DNA from: Mycobacteriales bacterium
Lineage (GTDB): Bacteria; Actinomycetota; Actinomycetes; Mycobacteriales; QHCE01
Direction: 5' to 3'
DNA: 64,000 nt
NCBI GenBank assembly: GCA_041743105.1
Contig: JBGTNI010000015.1
Location: 5,667 to 69,666, forward strand
In this document: positions 35,544 to 43,788 of the stretch, in pieces
How positions within the stretch are numbered: position 1 is the stretch's first letter
Layout: every line of letters begins with the position of its first letter
Notes under the pieces: model-generated
Seen by the model: only the letters and a program-made list of their open reading frames with translations
Told to the model about the DNA's origin: nothing
Databases searched by the model: none
Position numbers and translations under genes: made by a program

Positions 35544-35757
35544 GGTTTCGGCAGCGCACCACAGCGATGCACGTGAAAACCATTTTCACTAATTGTGACA
35601 GGAAGGTCAACCGTTGACATTGCGAATGCAATGAGTTAGGCCCGGACAAGAACGTCGAGCAGCCCGATCATCCGAGAATATTGGGCCGGTCGATAACCCA
35701 CAGCAAACTACTGTCCGGCTGCCGGCGCGCCACCTCCGCGGTCGCACCATCGATGAG

Positions 35758-37176
35758 TCAGCGCAGCAGCTCTCGCAGCTGCTGACGAAATTCGTTGACT
35801 CGTGCCAAGTTTGCCACGGCGGGCCGCTCCCCCAGCTCGACGTCCAGCGCCCGCAGTTGCGCAACCGTGCGCGGTGGACGCACCACATGCTCGGCCAAAG
35901 TGGACCGGACGGTCTGCAAAGCCATGTCAACCTCCCCGCGCCAAAGCTGGCTTCTAGCCAGCCACAGCCGGTTGTACACCGCCTCACGCGGGAACTGGAT
36001 GTCGTCGACTGCAGCGTTCGGCGCGAGCAGCTGAGCGGCCTCTGTGAGCCACCGTTGCGGCTGCCTGGAACTGAATCTGGCCAGCGATAGCAAGGCGTGT
36101 CCTTGCCGCACTCTGCTCTGCGCCGGCCCGAACCAGTACAGCCAGTCGGGTCTGCTCTCCAAGGCATCGGGCCCTTCGATGAGCGACTGGGCATGGTCAA
36201 TGCTGGTACGGAAACCGTGAGCACTGCCAGCCAAGGCTTCAGTGTGAGCTAGCACCCCGCCGACCATGGAGCGAACCGCGGGTGGCGCTCCCTTGGCGGC
36301 CTCGGTGGCAGCGTTGGCGAGGTCGGTCGCTTCGCGGGCTTTGTTGCGGTAGATCGCTTGGTGCGCCAGTGCGGCTAGCAGGTAGGCAGCGTATGCCCGG
36401 TCGTTTACGCTGCGAGCCGCATGTAGGCCGGAGTAGAAGTACCGCTGCGCGAGTCCCTGCTCGCCCGCGTCGTAGGCCATCCAGCCGGCGATCTGACTCA
36501 CAGACAACCAGAGCCGAATCAGCTCATGCAGCACGGTCGAGTTGGCGGCATCTCCAGATGCCAGCTGCTGACCGATACTCAGGAAGTATCGGTGCACAAA
36601 CCGAAGGTTCTCTAGGCTGCCGCCTTCCTGATCGTCCAGGCGGCGCAGTGCGGCGACGGTGATGCCCGCGATGTTGGTCATCGAGCCGGTGACGATGCGC
36701 CCTTCCCGGTGGGAGCTGTGGTATTCAATGGGGCCGATGGGCGTAGCCAGGCTATCGAGATAGGACCACACAGGCCCAGTGAGCGCATCTCCCCACACGC
36801 TGAGAAAAGCGCGACGATTGAAGTCAAGGATCTTCTCACCGTGCTCAAGCCAGCATTCCAGTGCGCTGAGCGTGCCACTGTGCCACCATGGGCCCTCGAC
36901 ACCGTCGAGGGCCGGAAGCCACAGTTGGGAGCGCTTAGCCCGACCCTGCCATGCCTCTTCCAGGCTTACTTCTCGATCGGCAGCCTCTGAGAGGACATGC
37001 GCAACAACCGTGGGTACCGGGTCGCGGGGAACCCGCGCCTGATTAACCCACTCGGCCACCGTGGAGCGCGAAACATACCCAGAGCCGAGCACGCCATTGA
37101 TCTCACGCACCAGACGCGACTGGGACCAGCCCAACTCCGCCAGCACCGCGAGCAGAACCTCATTACGTAGGGCCAT
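35758..37176 (-). CDS. HTH (XRE-like) transcriptional regulator with C-terminal TPR-like helical domain
   Basis: 472 aa. N-terminal LGWSQSRLVREINGVLGSGYVSRSTVAEWVNQARVPRDP, then a helical-repeat region (QIAGWMAYDAGEQGLAQRYFYSGL...). GGAGGTG SD 5 nt upstream of the ATG. Collinear paralog of 37420-38910. Confidence 0.7.
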   Translation of the reverse strand: MALRNEVLLAVLAELGWSQSRLVREINGVLGSGYVSRSTVAEWVNQARVPRDPVPTVVAHVLSEAADREVSLEEAWQGRAKRSQLWLPALDGVEGPWWHSGTLSALECWLEHGEKILDFNRRAFLSVWGDALTGPVWSYLDSLATPIGPIEYHSSHREGRIVTGSMTNIAGITVAALRRLDDQEGGSLENLRFVHRYFLSIGQQLASGDAANSTVLHELIRLWLSVSQIAGWMAYDAGEQGLAQRYFYSGLHAARSVNDRAYAAYLLAALAHQAIYRNKAREATDLANAATEAAKGAPPAVRSMVGGVLAHTEALAGSAHGFRTSIDHAQSLIEGPDALESRPDWLYWFGPAQSRVRQGHALLSLARFSSRQPQRWLTEAAQLLAPNAAVDDIQFPREAVYNRLWLARSQLWRGEVDMALQTVRSTLAEHVVRPPRTVAQLRALDVELGERPAVANLARVNEFRQQLRELLR

Positions 37177-37419
37177 GTCACACCTCCAACACGGTCGCGT
37201 ATGTGGGACCGCGATCGAATTACTAGCTGTGCCTTATGGCGCGCGGTTCCGCGAGACGCGTCACCTTAGTGTGAGGCGAGCAGCTGCCAATATCCAGTTT
37301 GAGAGGCGCCAATTGAATGGGCGCGTGCCGCGAACTCGGCGGATGGGCGCAGGAAACCGTCAACCGTTACCTGCGAGAAGCACCCTAAGGAGGTCTATAG
37401 AACTGTCCCGAATAAGATC

Positions 37420-38910
37420 TCACGCCACCAAGGCAGACTGTAACCGTTGCCGAAGAGACCGGACCTCCGGAAGATTACGGCTTTGTCGAAGATTGGAAAG
37501 GTCGTGATCAAGATCCTGAAGCACTTTACGGGATCGAGGGGAGGCCACAGCCGACATGCGATCGACTGCGGTCTCGGCAAGCCCTAAGCCGCGATAGAGA
37601 TCGCCTTTCTTGATATGTGCCCGCGCAAGCCAAGCGCCGAAAAATAGCGCGTCCCTAGGACGATCGGGTCCCGTTTGGTCCACCTCAGCAGCAAGCAGGC
37701 GCTCTGCTTCGTCAAGCTGTGATCGCGCGCTCCGCGGGGTGAGAAGACTTAGAAGTAGCATGCTGTGGCCTTGGTATGTGTCCGCTGCGGTCGAATCCAG
37801 CCAGTACAAGTAACTTGGTCGTCCGCCAGATTGTTGTGCTTGCTCAAATAGCTGCCTGACGTGCGCAGATGCCGATTGAAAGCCATACACGTTCCCCGTG
37901 ATCGCATGGGCGTGCGCTACCCGTGTCATTGCCACAGTGCGCACGATGGGATGGGCTTTACCAGCTGCTCTGACTGCCGCCTCTGCGAGCGCACTAGCCT
38001 CGTGAGGCTGGTTTCGATGCGCAGCCTGATAGGACATAAACGACAAGATATGCGCCCCTAGGCCGTGATCGTTTACGCTGTGCGTTGCCTGCAACCCGAG
38101 GCGGAAGTACCGCTGCGCGAGGCCATGAAGCTCAGCGTCAAAGGCCATCCAGCCCGCGATCTGAGCCAGTGTGGCTAATGTCGAGACCAGGCTCTGCGCA
38201 GTGCCCTTTTCAGTAAACGCTCCATTATGCAGGTAGCCGTTGACCTGGCGAATTGCGATTCCGATCTGCTTCAGGTTTTCTTTACTTCCGCCGTCCAGAT
38301 CGTCCATGCGGCGGAAAGCGCCAATCAACGACGTGAAGTACTCCAACAGGGCTGGCGAAACCTTGGTGTCGGAAAATCCCGAGGCACCGAGAACCTTCTC
38401 AAAAGCACCCGGCTGTGGAACATTGCCGATCTGCCCCACGTACTGCCACGCTGGGGCCGTCAAGGCCGTGCCCGACACTGCCATGAAAACTCGACGATCC
38501 GAATCGAACACATCCCCGCCATTCGCTAACCAACCAGAAATAAGAGCTTTCGTTCCCTGCAAATCCCACGACACCCACGTACCGTCATCTGCCGCCACGC
38601 ACAGCGGGGATCGTGCTACCCCGGGCCACAGCTGCGAAACCGCCACCGGGGCACCGGTCGCCTGTGACAACACATGAGCCACCAGCGTCGGCAACGGCTG
38701 ACGCGGGACTCGAGATGAATTTATCCATTCCGACACCGTGGTCCGCGACACATAACCCACACCCATCTCGCGATTAACCTCATGCGCCAACCGCGCCACC
38801 GACCACCCGACCCCTTCCAGTAGCGATGCCAAAACAGCGCTACGCCGTCCAATAGGCCCATCTGCCACGCCACCACCCCCACACACAGCCGCCCGCGCAC
38901 AACCATGCAC
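37420..38910 (-). CDS. HTH (XRE-like) regulator with TPR-like domain (paralog)
   Basis: 496-aa ORF from a GTG. Alignment with the paralog suggests the true start is near the GTG at 38868 (VADGPIGRRSAVLASLLEGVGWS...). Shared blocks: GYVSRTTVSEWINSSRVPRQP, QIAGWMAFDAELHGLAQRYFRLGL. Confidence 0.7.
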   Translation of the reverse strand: MHGCARAAVCGGGGVADGPIGRRSAVLASLLEGVGWSVARLAHEVNREMGVGYVSRTTVSEWINSSRVPRQPLPTLVAHVLSQATGAPVAVSQLWPGVARSPLCVAADDGTWVSWDLQGTKALISGWLANGGDVFDSDRRVFMAVSGTALTAPAWQYVGQIGNVPQPGAFEKVLGASGFSDTKVSPALLEYFTSLIGAFRRMDDLDGGSKENLKQIGIAIRQVNGYLHNGAFTEKGTAQSLVSTLATLAQIAGWMAFDAELHGLAQRYFRLGLQATHSVNDHGLGAHILSFMSYQAAHRNQPHEASALAEAAVRAAGKAHPIVRTVAMTRVAHAHAITGNVYGFQSASAHVRQLFEQAQQSGGRPSYLYWLDSTAADTYQGHSMLLLSLLTPRSARSQLDEAERLLAAEVDQTGPDRPRDALFFGAWLARAHIKKGDLYRGLGLAETAVDRMSAVASPRSRKVLQDLDHDLSNLRQSRNLPEVRSLRQRLQSALVA

Positions 38911-38913
38911 TGA

Positions 38914-39090
38914 ATCGATCGTTACTAGGTCAATCGAAAAGTAGCCAAAATTTGTAGGCCAGGATGCACTGCTTTTGGTGCTGAGCCGATCGTTACTAAG
39001 TCAGCCCGAAAGTAGCTAGGTTTGCAGGTAAAAAGGCTGCACTTATCTAGCTGCTTACGTCCTGATTTTTAATCGGGGCAAGGATAACCC
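38914..39090 (-). repeat. tandem low-G+C leader repeat upstream of the HTH-TPR gene (units R1, R2)
   Basis: CGATCGTTACTAGGTCAATCGAAAAGTAGCC (from 38916) and CGATCGTTACTAAGTCAGCCCGAAAGTAGCT (from 38987), period 71 nt. R2 (38986-39090) is about 80 percent identical by eye to 56658-56764. Confidence 0.6.
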
Positions 39091-39230
39091 GCTCCAGCGC
39101 CAAGAAGAAGAGTTGATGTTAATAAAGGCCGCCTAAGCGCCAATTACGCGCTATCCCGGCTCAAACCGACGCATCGGCGGTGCCGAGGCGAACACCGTCG
39201 TGTGCTACGAATGCCCTACTGCCGAACACT

Positions 39231-39920
39231 CTAAGTACGCGGCGTGGGCTCTGCCGCGTCAACGATGAGCTGCTCGCGGGCCACAACCTTTCGCCCGTAA
39301 TAGACGGTGAATGCAAACGCCGCAGCATACGGCGCAATACCGAGAATCCGCGCAATGCCTAGGCCCACGGTCATCTCCGAAAGGTACAGCCACAGCTGCA
39401 CCCCACCACGCACGAGGAAGACCCCGCACCACAACAGCGACAAAGCACTGAACGCGCGAAGTAACCGAGGGCGAGTGCGCCAATCGGCGTAGCTGCCCGT
39501 CACGATGGACCAGACGTAACCCACCAACGGCCTTCCCACCGCCGCCGAACCGGCGAAAGCCAGGCCGTACACGAAGTTGGTGATGATCCCTGGCAAGAAA
39601 AAATCCTGTGCCCGGCCGGTTTTAGCCGCGATCAGTGCCGCGAACGCAACCCCGAGTAAACCTGTGAGCGCATGGCGCGGTGAATCCCGCCGAACTAGCC
39701 GGTACCCCGCGATCAGGATCGCGGCGGCGACCGCAGACCAGATCGCCGCCTGCAACGAGGTGAACACATACACCCCGACGAACACCACAATGGGTAGCGA
39801 GCTCTCCACCATGCCCCGTACGCCGCCGATCTGATCGGTTACGGCGTCGCGCAACGAAGCATCGGCGCTAGCGCGCGCTGGAGCGGTTGAGCGAGGAGGA
39901 GACTGCGCCGGGTTACTCAC
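39231..39920 (-). CDS. DUF3159-like integral membrane protein
   Basis: 229 aa, multiple TM helices. Position between the OB-fold gene and the rest of the dut neighbourhood, as in other actinobacteria (from memory). Confidence 0.7.
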   Translation of the reverse strand: MSNPAQSPPRSTAPARASADASLRDAVTDQIGGVRGMVESSLPIVVFVGVYVFTSLQAAIWSAVAAAILIAGYRLVRRDSPRHALTGLLGVAFAALIAAKTGRAQDFFLPGIITNFVYGLAFAGSAAVGRPLVGYVWSIVTGSYADWRTRPRLLRAFSALSLLWCGVFLVRGGVQLWLYLSEMTVGLGIARILGIAPYAAAFAFTVYYGRKVVAREQLIVDAAEPTPRT

Positions 39921-40303
39921 GATTGGCCTGCTTCCAGCGTGTACATAGGGTTGAAGATCACTTTACGGCCTTCACGAATGGCGACCCGACCGCGTACCCG
40001 CAGCTGTGCACCCGCGACTATCCCGCCAATGGTGGAACGGCCCAGCCAAACCAGCGTCACGCTGCCGCTGTCGTCGAAGAACTCTGCCTCTACCGTTGGA
40101 CTACCAACCGCACCCCCAGGAATATGCTGCACTGCCCGAAGCCGTCCGTACAACTCGACCAGGCCGCCCCGGTCACACATTGCCGTAGATGTAGCGCCGC
40201 GCCGTTGACGTTGGCGTCGCAGCTGCGAGGCCTCGAGTTCCTCGTCGGATTTGATGAGCCACCGCAGAAAACCAGGTTCAGCGTCGGATGCGAATTCAGC
40301 CAC
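39917..40303 (-). CDS. OB-fold nucleic-acid-binding domain protein
   Basis: Trimmed from ORF 39917-40465 to the GTG at 40303 (GGAGGG SD just upstream). The discarded N-terminal part is encoded by repeat copy C. C-terminal ...VTLVWLGRSTIGGIVAGAQLRVRGRVAIREGRKVIFNPMYTLE is typical of this family. Confidence 0.7.
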   Translation of the reverse strand: MAEFASDAEPGFLRWLIKSDEELEASQLRRQRQRRGATSTAMCDRGGLVELYGRLRAVQHIPGGAVGSPTVEAEFFDDSGSVTLVWLGRSTIGGIVAGAQLRVRGRVAIREGRKVIFNPMYTLEAGQS

Positions 40304-40327
40304 GGACCCTCCGTCGTTATGAACCTT

Positions 40328-40499
40328 GCCAATTGGTCCCCACCAAGGCCGCAGGAACCGACGACTACGAAGGTAGGTGACGCGACCAAAGACATCGGAA
40401 CGCCGGCAGTTTACTGCCAAGGCCGCAGGAACCGCCGCGTGCACACAGTAGGCAAGGCGGCTCAAGATATCGGAACGCCGGCAGGGACCTACTGGCGGG
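40328..40499 (+). repeat. MITE/REP-like element, copy C (internally duplicated)
   Basis: Left end GCCAATTGGTCC, right end GGACCTACTGGCGGG. Two tandem core units: CCAAGGCCGCAGGAACC at 40343 and 40417, ATCGGAACGCCGGCAG at 40394 and 40469 (period about 74-75 nt). Confidence 0.75.
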
Positions 40500-41415
40500 T
40501 CAGGGCAAGTTCGTCATCGTCGGCGAACGGTAGACCTCTGATCTCAATGGTCTCGTCCGCTACCGGTCCGAAGCGCTCACGGTAGGTCGCTCCGGCCAGA
40601 TACGACGACCGGGTAGGCACCTGCTCCCGACCCGGCAGCGGTTCATCGACCAGCCTCCGGCCGCGTGCGACGGGCTGCTCGGTCACACGCGCTTGCGGCT
40701 GGTTCTTTGCCACGGGCGCGATCTGCTCCGGCAACCTCATCGGAAGCGGATCGCGCACCGGTCGTGGCTCGCTACCGCGAACCACGACCATGTTGCGAAG
40801 CACCTGGATCAGGGCCTGCCCGGCAGCGGGATCACTCGCGGCGGCACCGGTGAACATGGCCCGAATAAACCAGCGAGGCCCATCGATTCCGAGGAAACGC
40901 ACCAGCTGGCGACCACTCTGGCTGGGTAGATTCGCCAACAGCTCCACGTCGAACTCGCCCTCACAATCGCGGGGCGAGTAGTTCTCAGCTTCCATTTTCA
41001 CCCGCAGGTCGTGGCGGATGCCGGTCCAAGCACTGTCCTCTAACGGAGCCGCGAACGGAATCACCTGCAGCGCACTGCCACCATGCACCAGCACGATTGC
41101 GCTGACATGGCCGTCCTCCACCTGCGGGTGAATGTTCACACCAGGCAGCACGGGCACCCGCAGCGCGCCCAGGTCCACCCGAATGAACTCGTCGCGGGGC
41201 GCGACCGAAAGGTCGAACGGACCGCTGATGTGCGTGGTCGCCGCCGTCACTCCAGCGGCATCGTCCCAGGTGAGGCGGCCTAAGCCCTCGTCACCGGTGC
41301 TGTCCCGGAACGGATAGTCACTGGTTGGCTGGCCCAGGTCGCCAAAGTCGCGGGCGTCTAACTCCGCTTCCTGATCGACATGTCTGCCTCGTCCTCGGCG
41401 AAACATCGCTGGCAC
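40489..41415 (-). CDS. DUF3710-like protein
   Basis: 308 aa. Acidic N-terminus, GPFDLS...DLGALRVP pattern. Directly downstream of dut, as in other actinobacteria (from memory). The stop codon lies inside repeat copy C. Confidence 0.75.
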   Translation of the reverse strand: MPAMFRRGRGRHVDQEAELDARDFGDLGQPTSDYPFRDSTGDEGLGRLTWDDAAGVTAATTHISGPFDLSVAPRDEFIRVDLGALRVPVLPGVNIHPQVEDGHVSAIVLVHGGSALQVIPFAAPLEDSAWTGIRHDLRVKMEAENYSPRDCEGEFDVELLANLPSQSGRQLVRFLGIDGPRWFIRAMFTGAAASDPAAGQALIQVLRNMVVVRGSEPRPVRDPLPMRLPEQIAPVAKNQPQARVTEQPVARGRRLVDEPLPGREQVPTRSSYLAGATYRERFGPVADETIEIRGLPFADDDELALTRQ

Positions 41416-41497
41416 TTCTCCTCTCGCCGGCTATTGAGTACCGACTATGCAGTCAACCTTCTCAGTATGCCCACCAGATTGGTGATGAGTAAGCGCA

Positions 41498-41602
41498 CCC
41501 GTCAATAGGTTACGGGCAAGGGCCCGCAGGAGCCGCCATCTACCAAGAAATGTGGCCCAAGGCAGCCAACGCAACGAACGACGCTAAGGACCTATTGGCG
41601 GG
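41498..41602 (+). repeat. MITE/REP-like element, copy D
   Basis: TIRs CCCGTCAATAGGT (41498-41510) / ACCTATTGGCGGG (41590-41602), with a degenerate core (GGCCCGCAGGAGCCGCC). Lies between the dut stop and the DUF3710 gene start. Confidence 0.7.
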
Positions 41603-42062
41603 AGCTCGAAAAGCCGCCGGTGGATCCATGGCCGTCGGAACCCCGGGCGGATGTCGGCAGCTGATCCACCGGAGTGAATTGTGCAGCGGCAACCGGCTGG
41701 ATCACCAACTGCGCGATACGGTCGCCGCGCATGATCTCGACGGTGGACCTCGGGTCAAGGTTGATCAAGTTCACCAAGATCTCGCCCCGATAGCCAGCGT
41801 CTACGGTCCCGGGAGCATTCACCATGGAAATACCGCAGCGCGCAGCCAACCCGGAACGGGGGTGAACGAACGCCGCATACCCCGGCGGAACCGCGATCGC
41901 GATCCCAGTGGGCACCAGGGCACGTTCACCGGGCGCAAGTGCAACGTCTGACGCAGCTACCAGATCTGCTCCCGCATCACCGGGGTGGGCGTAACCGGGC
42001 AGCGGAAGCGACGGGTCCAGCCGTCTGATCGGTATCGAGACCTTTGGAGTCATGCTGGTCAT
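41592..42062 (-). CDS. dut: dUTP diphosphatase
   Basis: 156 aa. [33 protein letters not shown]-type motifs. The last codons and the stop are inside repeat copy D. Confidence 0.95.
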   Translation of the reverse strand: MTSMTPKVSIPIRRLDPSLPLPGYAHPGDAGADLVAASDVALAPGERALVPTGIAIAVPPGYAAFVHPRSGLAARCGISMVNAPGTVDAGYRGEILVNLINLDPRSTVEIMRGDRIAQLVIQPVAAAQFTPVDQLPTSARGSDGHGSTGGFSSSRQ

Positions 42063-42116
42063 CCTCTCCAGACAGGGATTGGCGCTCGGATGCGCCCGTC
42101 ATCGTAGGCTCATACC

Positions 42117-42635
42117 GTGACATCACGACCACAACGAACCGGACCCGCCGCCACCGCGCCGACAGCGCCGGATTCGTTGTTTCGCGAGCGCTGGCGCGCG
42201 CCGTGGTGGTACTGGTTGGCCGGGTTCGCCCTGGCTTGCGCCGCTGCGGCCGCAATTCACTTGGGCTACCCGGGACTGCGAGCCTTCGCACCCTATCTGG
42301 TGACCGTGTCGCTCGTGGCCGGATTGCTATGGTGGCTCGGCAGAATTAAGGTCTGCGTCACCGCAGACACCCTCTACGTCGATGACGCCGTGCTGCCACG
42401 GCGCGCGATCGTCTCGGCAGCCGCGCTGTCGGACGAAGACTATCGAGTCGCGCTGGGTCTACACTTCGACCCGTTGGCCTTTGTAGTGCGCCGACCATGG
42501 CTTCGCGGCGCGGTGCTGATCAGACTCTGCGATCCCGACGACCCCACGCCGTACTGGATCGTGAGCAGCGCACGTCCCGTCGAGCTTGCCGCCGCGCTAG
42601 GCGGCGGGAGCGCTCGTCAGCTCGACGCGCTCTAG
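42117..42635 (+). CDS. DUF3093-like membrane protein
   Basis: 172 aa. FRERWRAPWWYWL followed by two TM helices. Divergent from dut. Confidence 0.75.
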   Translation: MTSRPQRTGPAATAPTAPDSLFRERWRAPWWYWLAGFALACAAAAAIHLGYPGLRAFAPYLVTVSLVAGLLWWLGRIKVCVTADTLYVDDAVLPRRAIVSAAALSDEDYRVALGLHFDPLAFVVRRPWLRGAVLIRLCDPDDPTPYWIVSSARPVELAAALGGGSARQLDAL

Positions 42636-42641
42636 GAGCGA

Positions 42642-42758
42642 GCGCCAATTGGTCATCTGCCAAGGCCGCAGGAGCCGCCGCGTACGAAAATGGAGCGCAG
42701 CGGAATAGCGTGGAAAGGCGGCTCGAGAACAGTGAACGCTGGCAGGGGCCAATTGGGG
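42642..42758 (+). repeat. MITE/REP-like element, copy E
   Basis: Ends GCGCCAATTGGTC / GGCCAATTGGGG. Core TCTGCCAAGGCCGCAGGAGCCGCCGCG...AAAGGCGGCTCGAG. Lies between convergent stop codons (42635 and 42764). Confidence 0.75.
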
Positions 42759-42763
42759 ACGCT

Positions 42764-43063
42764 CTAATCGCATTCGGTGCAGATCAACTCCCCCCCGCGC
42801 TCCCCGGCCAGCTGGCTGCGGTGATGCACAAGAAAACAGCTTGAGCAACGGAACTCGTCGTTTTGCATCGGTAACACCTTGACGATGAGTTCCTCACCGG
42901 AGAGGTCAGCGCCGGGAAGCTCAAAGCCCTCGGCGACCTCAGCCTCGTCAACGTCCACACTGCCAGACTGAGCTTCCGTCCGGCGTGCTTTGAGTTCTTC
43001 GAGGCTGTCCTCCCCTATGTCGGAATCGTCAGTGCGACGCGGTGCGTCGTAATCGGTGGCCAT
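42764..43063 (-). CDS. DUF4193-like protein
   Basis: 99 aa. MATDYDAPRRTDD...acidic...FRCSSCFLVHHRSQL...LICTECD. Confidence 0.85.
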   Translation of the reverse strand: MATDYDAPRRTDDSDIGEDSLEELKARRTEAQSGSVDVDEAEVAEGFELPGADLSGEELIVKVLPMQNDEFRCSSCFLVHHRSQLAGERGGELICTECD

Positions 43064-43246
43064 TCTGGTTTTTATCTCCTACGCAAATTTTTCGACCACA
43101 TAGGCTTGTGGGCGCGAAACCTTACCGCTTCGCGGTAAGTGATACACACGCGGCACCTCATCTGTTCCCGTTGTGACACGGACGACACCTTTCGGTACCG
43201 CTAAGCTGCTGTACATGCGACACGCACGGGGCCACAGGAGCAAAGC

Positions 43247-43750
43247 ATGACCCTTGGAAGAGCTCGAGCCCTCGCGGTGTTGGGCATTATGGCACTCATT
43301 GCGATCATCGCCGTGGTGTGGACCATCACTCGTGACGATCAAGACGATTCGACCAACGCCAACGCATGCACGACCAGCGCCATAGCTGCAGAAGTGCCAG
43401 AGCCCGACCAGGTCAAACTACGAGTTCTCAACGCAACAGACCGGGGCGGACTCGCTACCACAGTCGCCACCGCGTTCAAGAGTCGCGGCTTCAACGTGGT
43501 GGCGGTAGGCAACTCCCCCGACATCCTTACCGGAACTGCCGAGGTTCGTTTCGGCGCCAAGGCGGTGGGCGCCGCGCACCTGGTCCGGGCGCAGGTCACC
43601 GATGCGAGACCGATCGCCGACGACAGAAAAGACGACGTGGTTGTGATCGTATTGGGCCCCGAATTCACCAACCTCAACGCGGAGGACAACGTTGAGGCCA
43701 CCCTCAAGGCGTTGGGTAAGCCAGTACGTCCGAAGCTGACCTGCGAATAA
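43247..43750 (+). CDS. LytR_C (LytR/CpsA/Psr C-terminal) domain protein with N-terminal TM anchor
   Basis: 167 aa. TM helix, then VKLRVLNATDRGGLATTVATAFKSRGFNVVAVGNSP. Confidence 0.75.
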   Translation: MTLGRARALAVLGIMALIAIIAVVWTITRDDQDDSTNANACTTSAIAAEVPEPDQVKLRVLNATDRGGLATTVATAFKSRGFNVVAVGNSPDILTGTAEVRFGAKAVGAAHLVRAQVTDARPIADDRKDDVVVIVLGPEFTNLNAEDNVEATLKALGKPVRPKLTCE

Positions 43751-43788
43751 ACAGCTCGCTGAAGCGTCTGTCTACTACGCGACATGAC

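Noticed and set aside
37290-37460. Possible sixth, degenerate copy of the MITE-like repeat (GGCGCCAATTGAATGG, CCGTCAACCGTTACCTGC, CACCAAGGCAG)
   Set aside because: Only short scattered matches. There are no convincing terminal inverted repeats or GAGCCGCC/GGCGGCTC core, and part of it lies inside the coding 3' end of the HTH-TPR gene.
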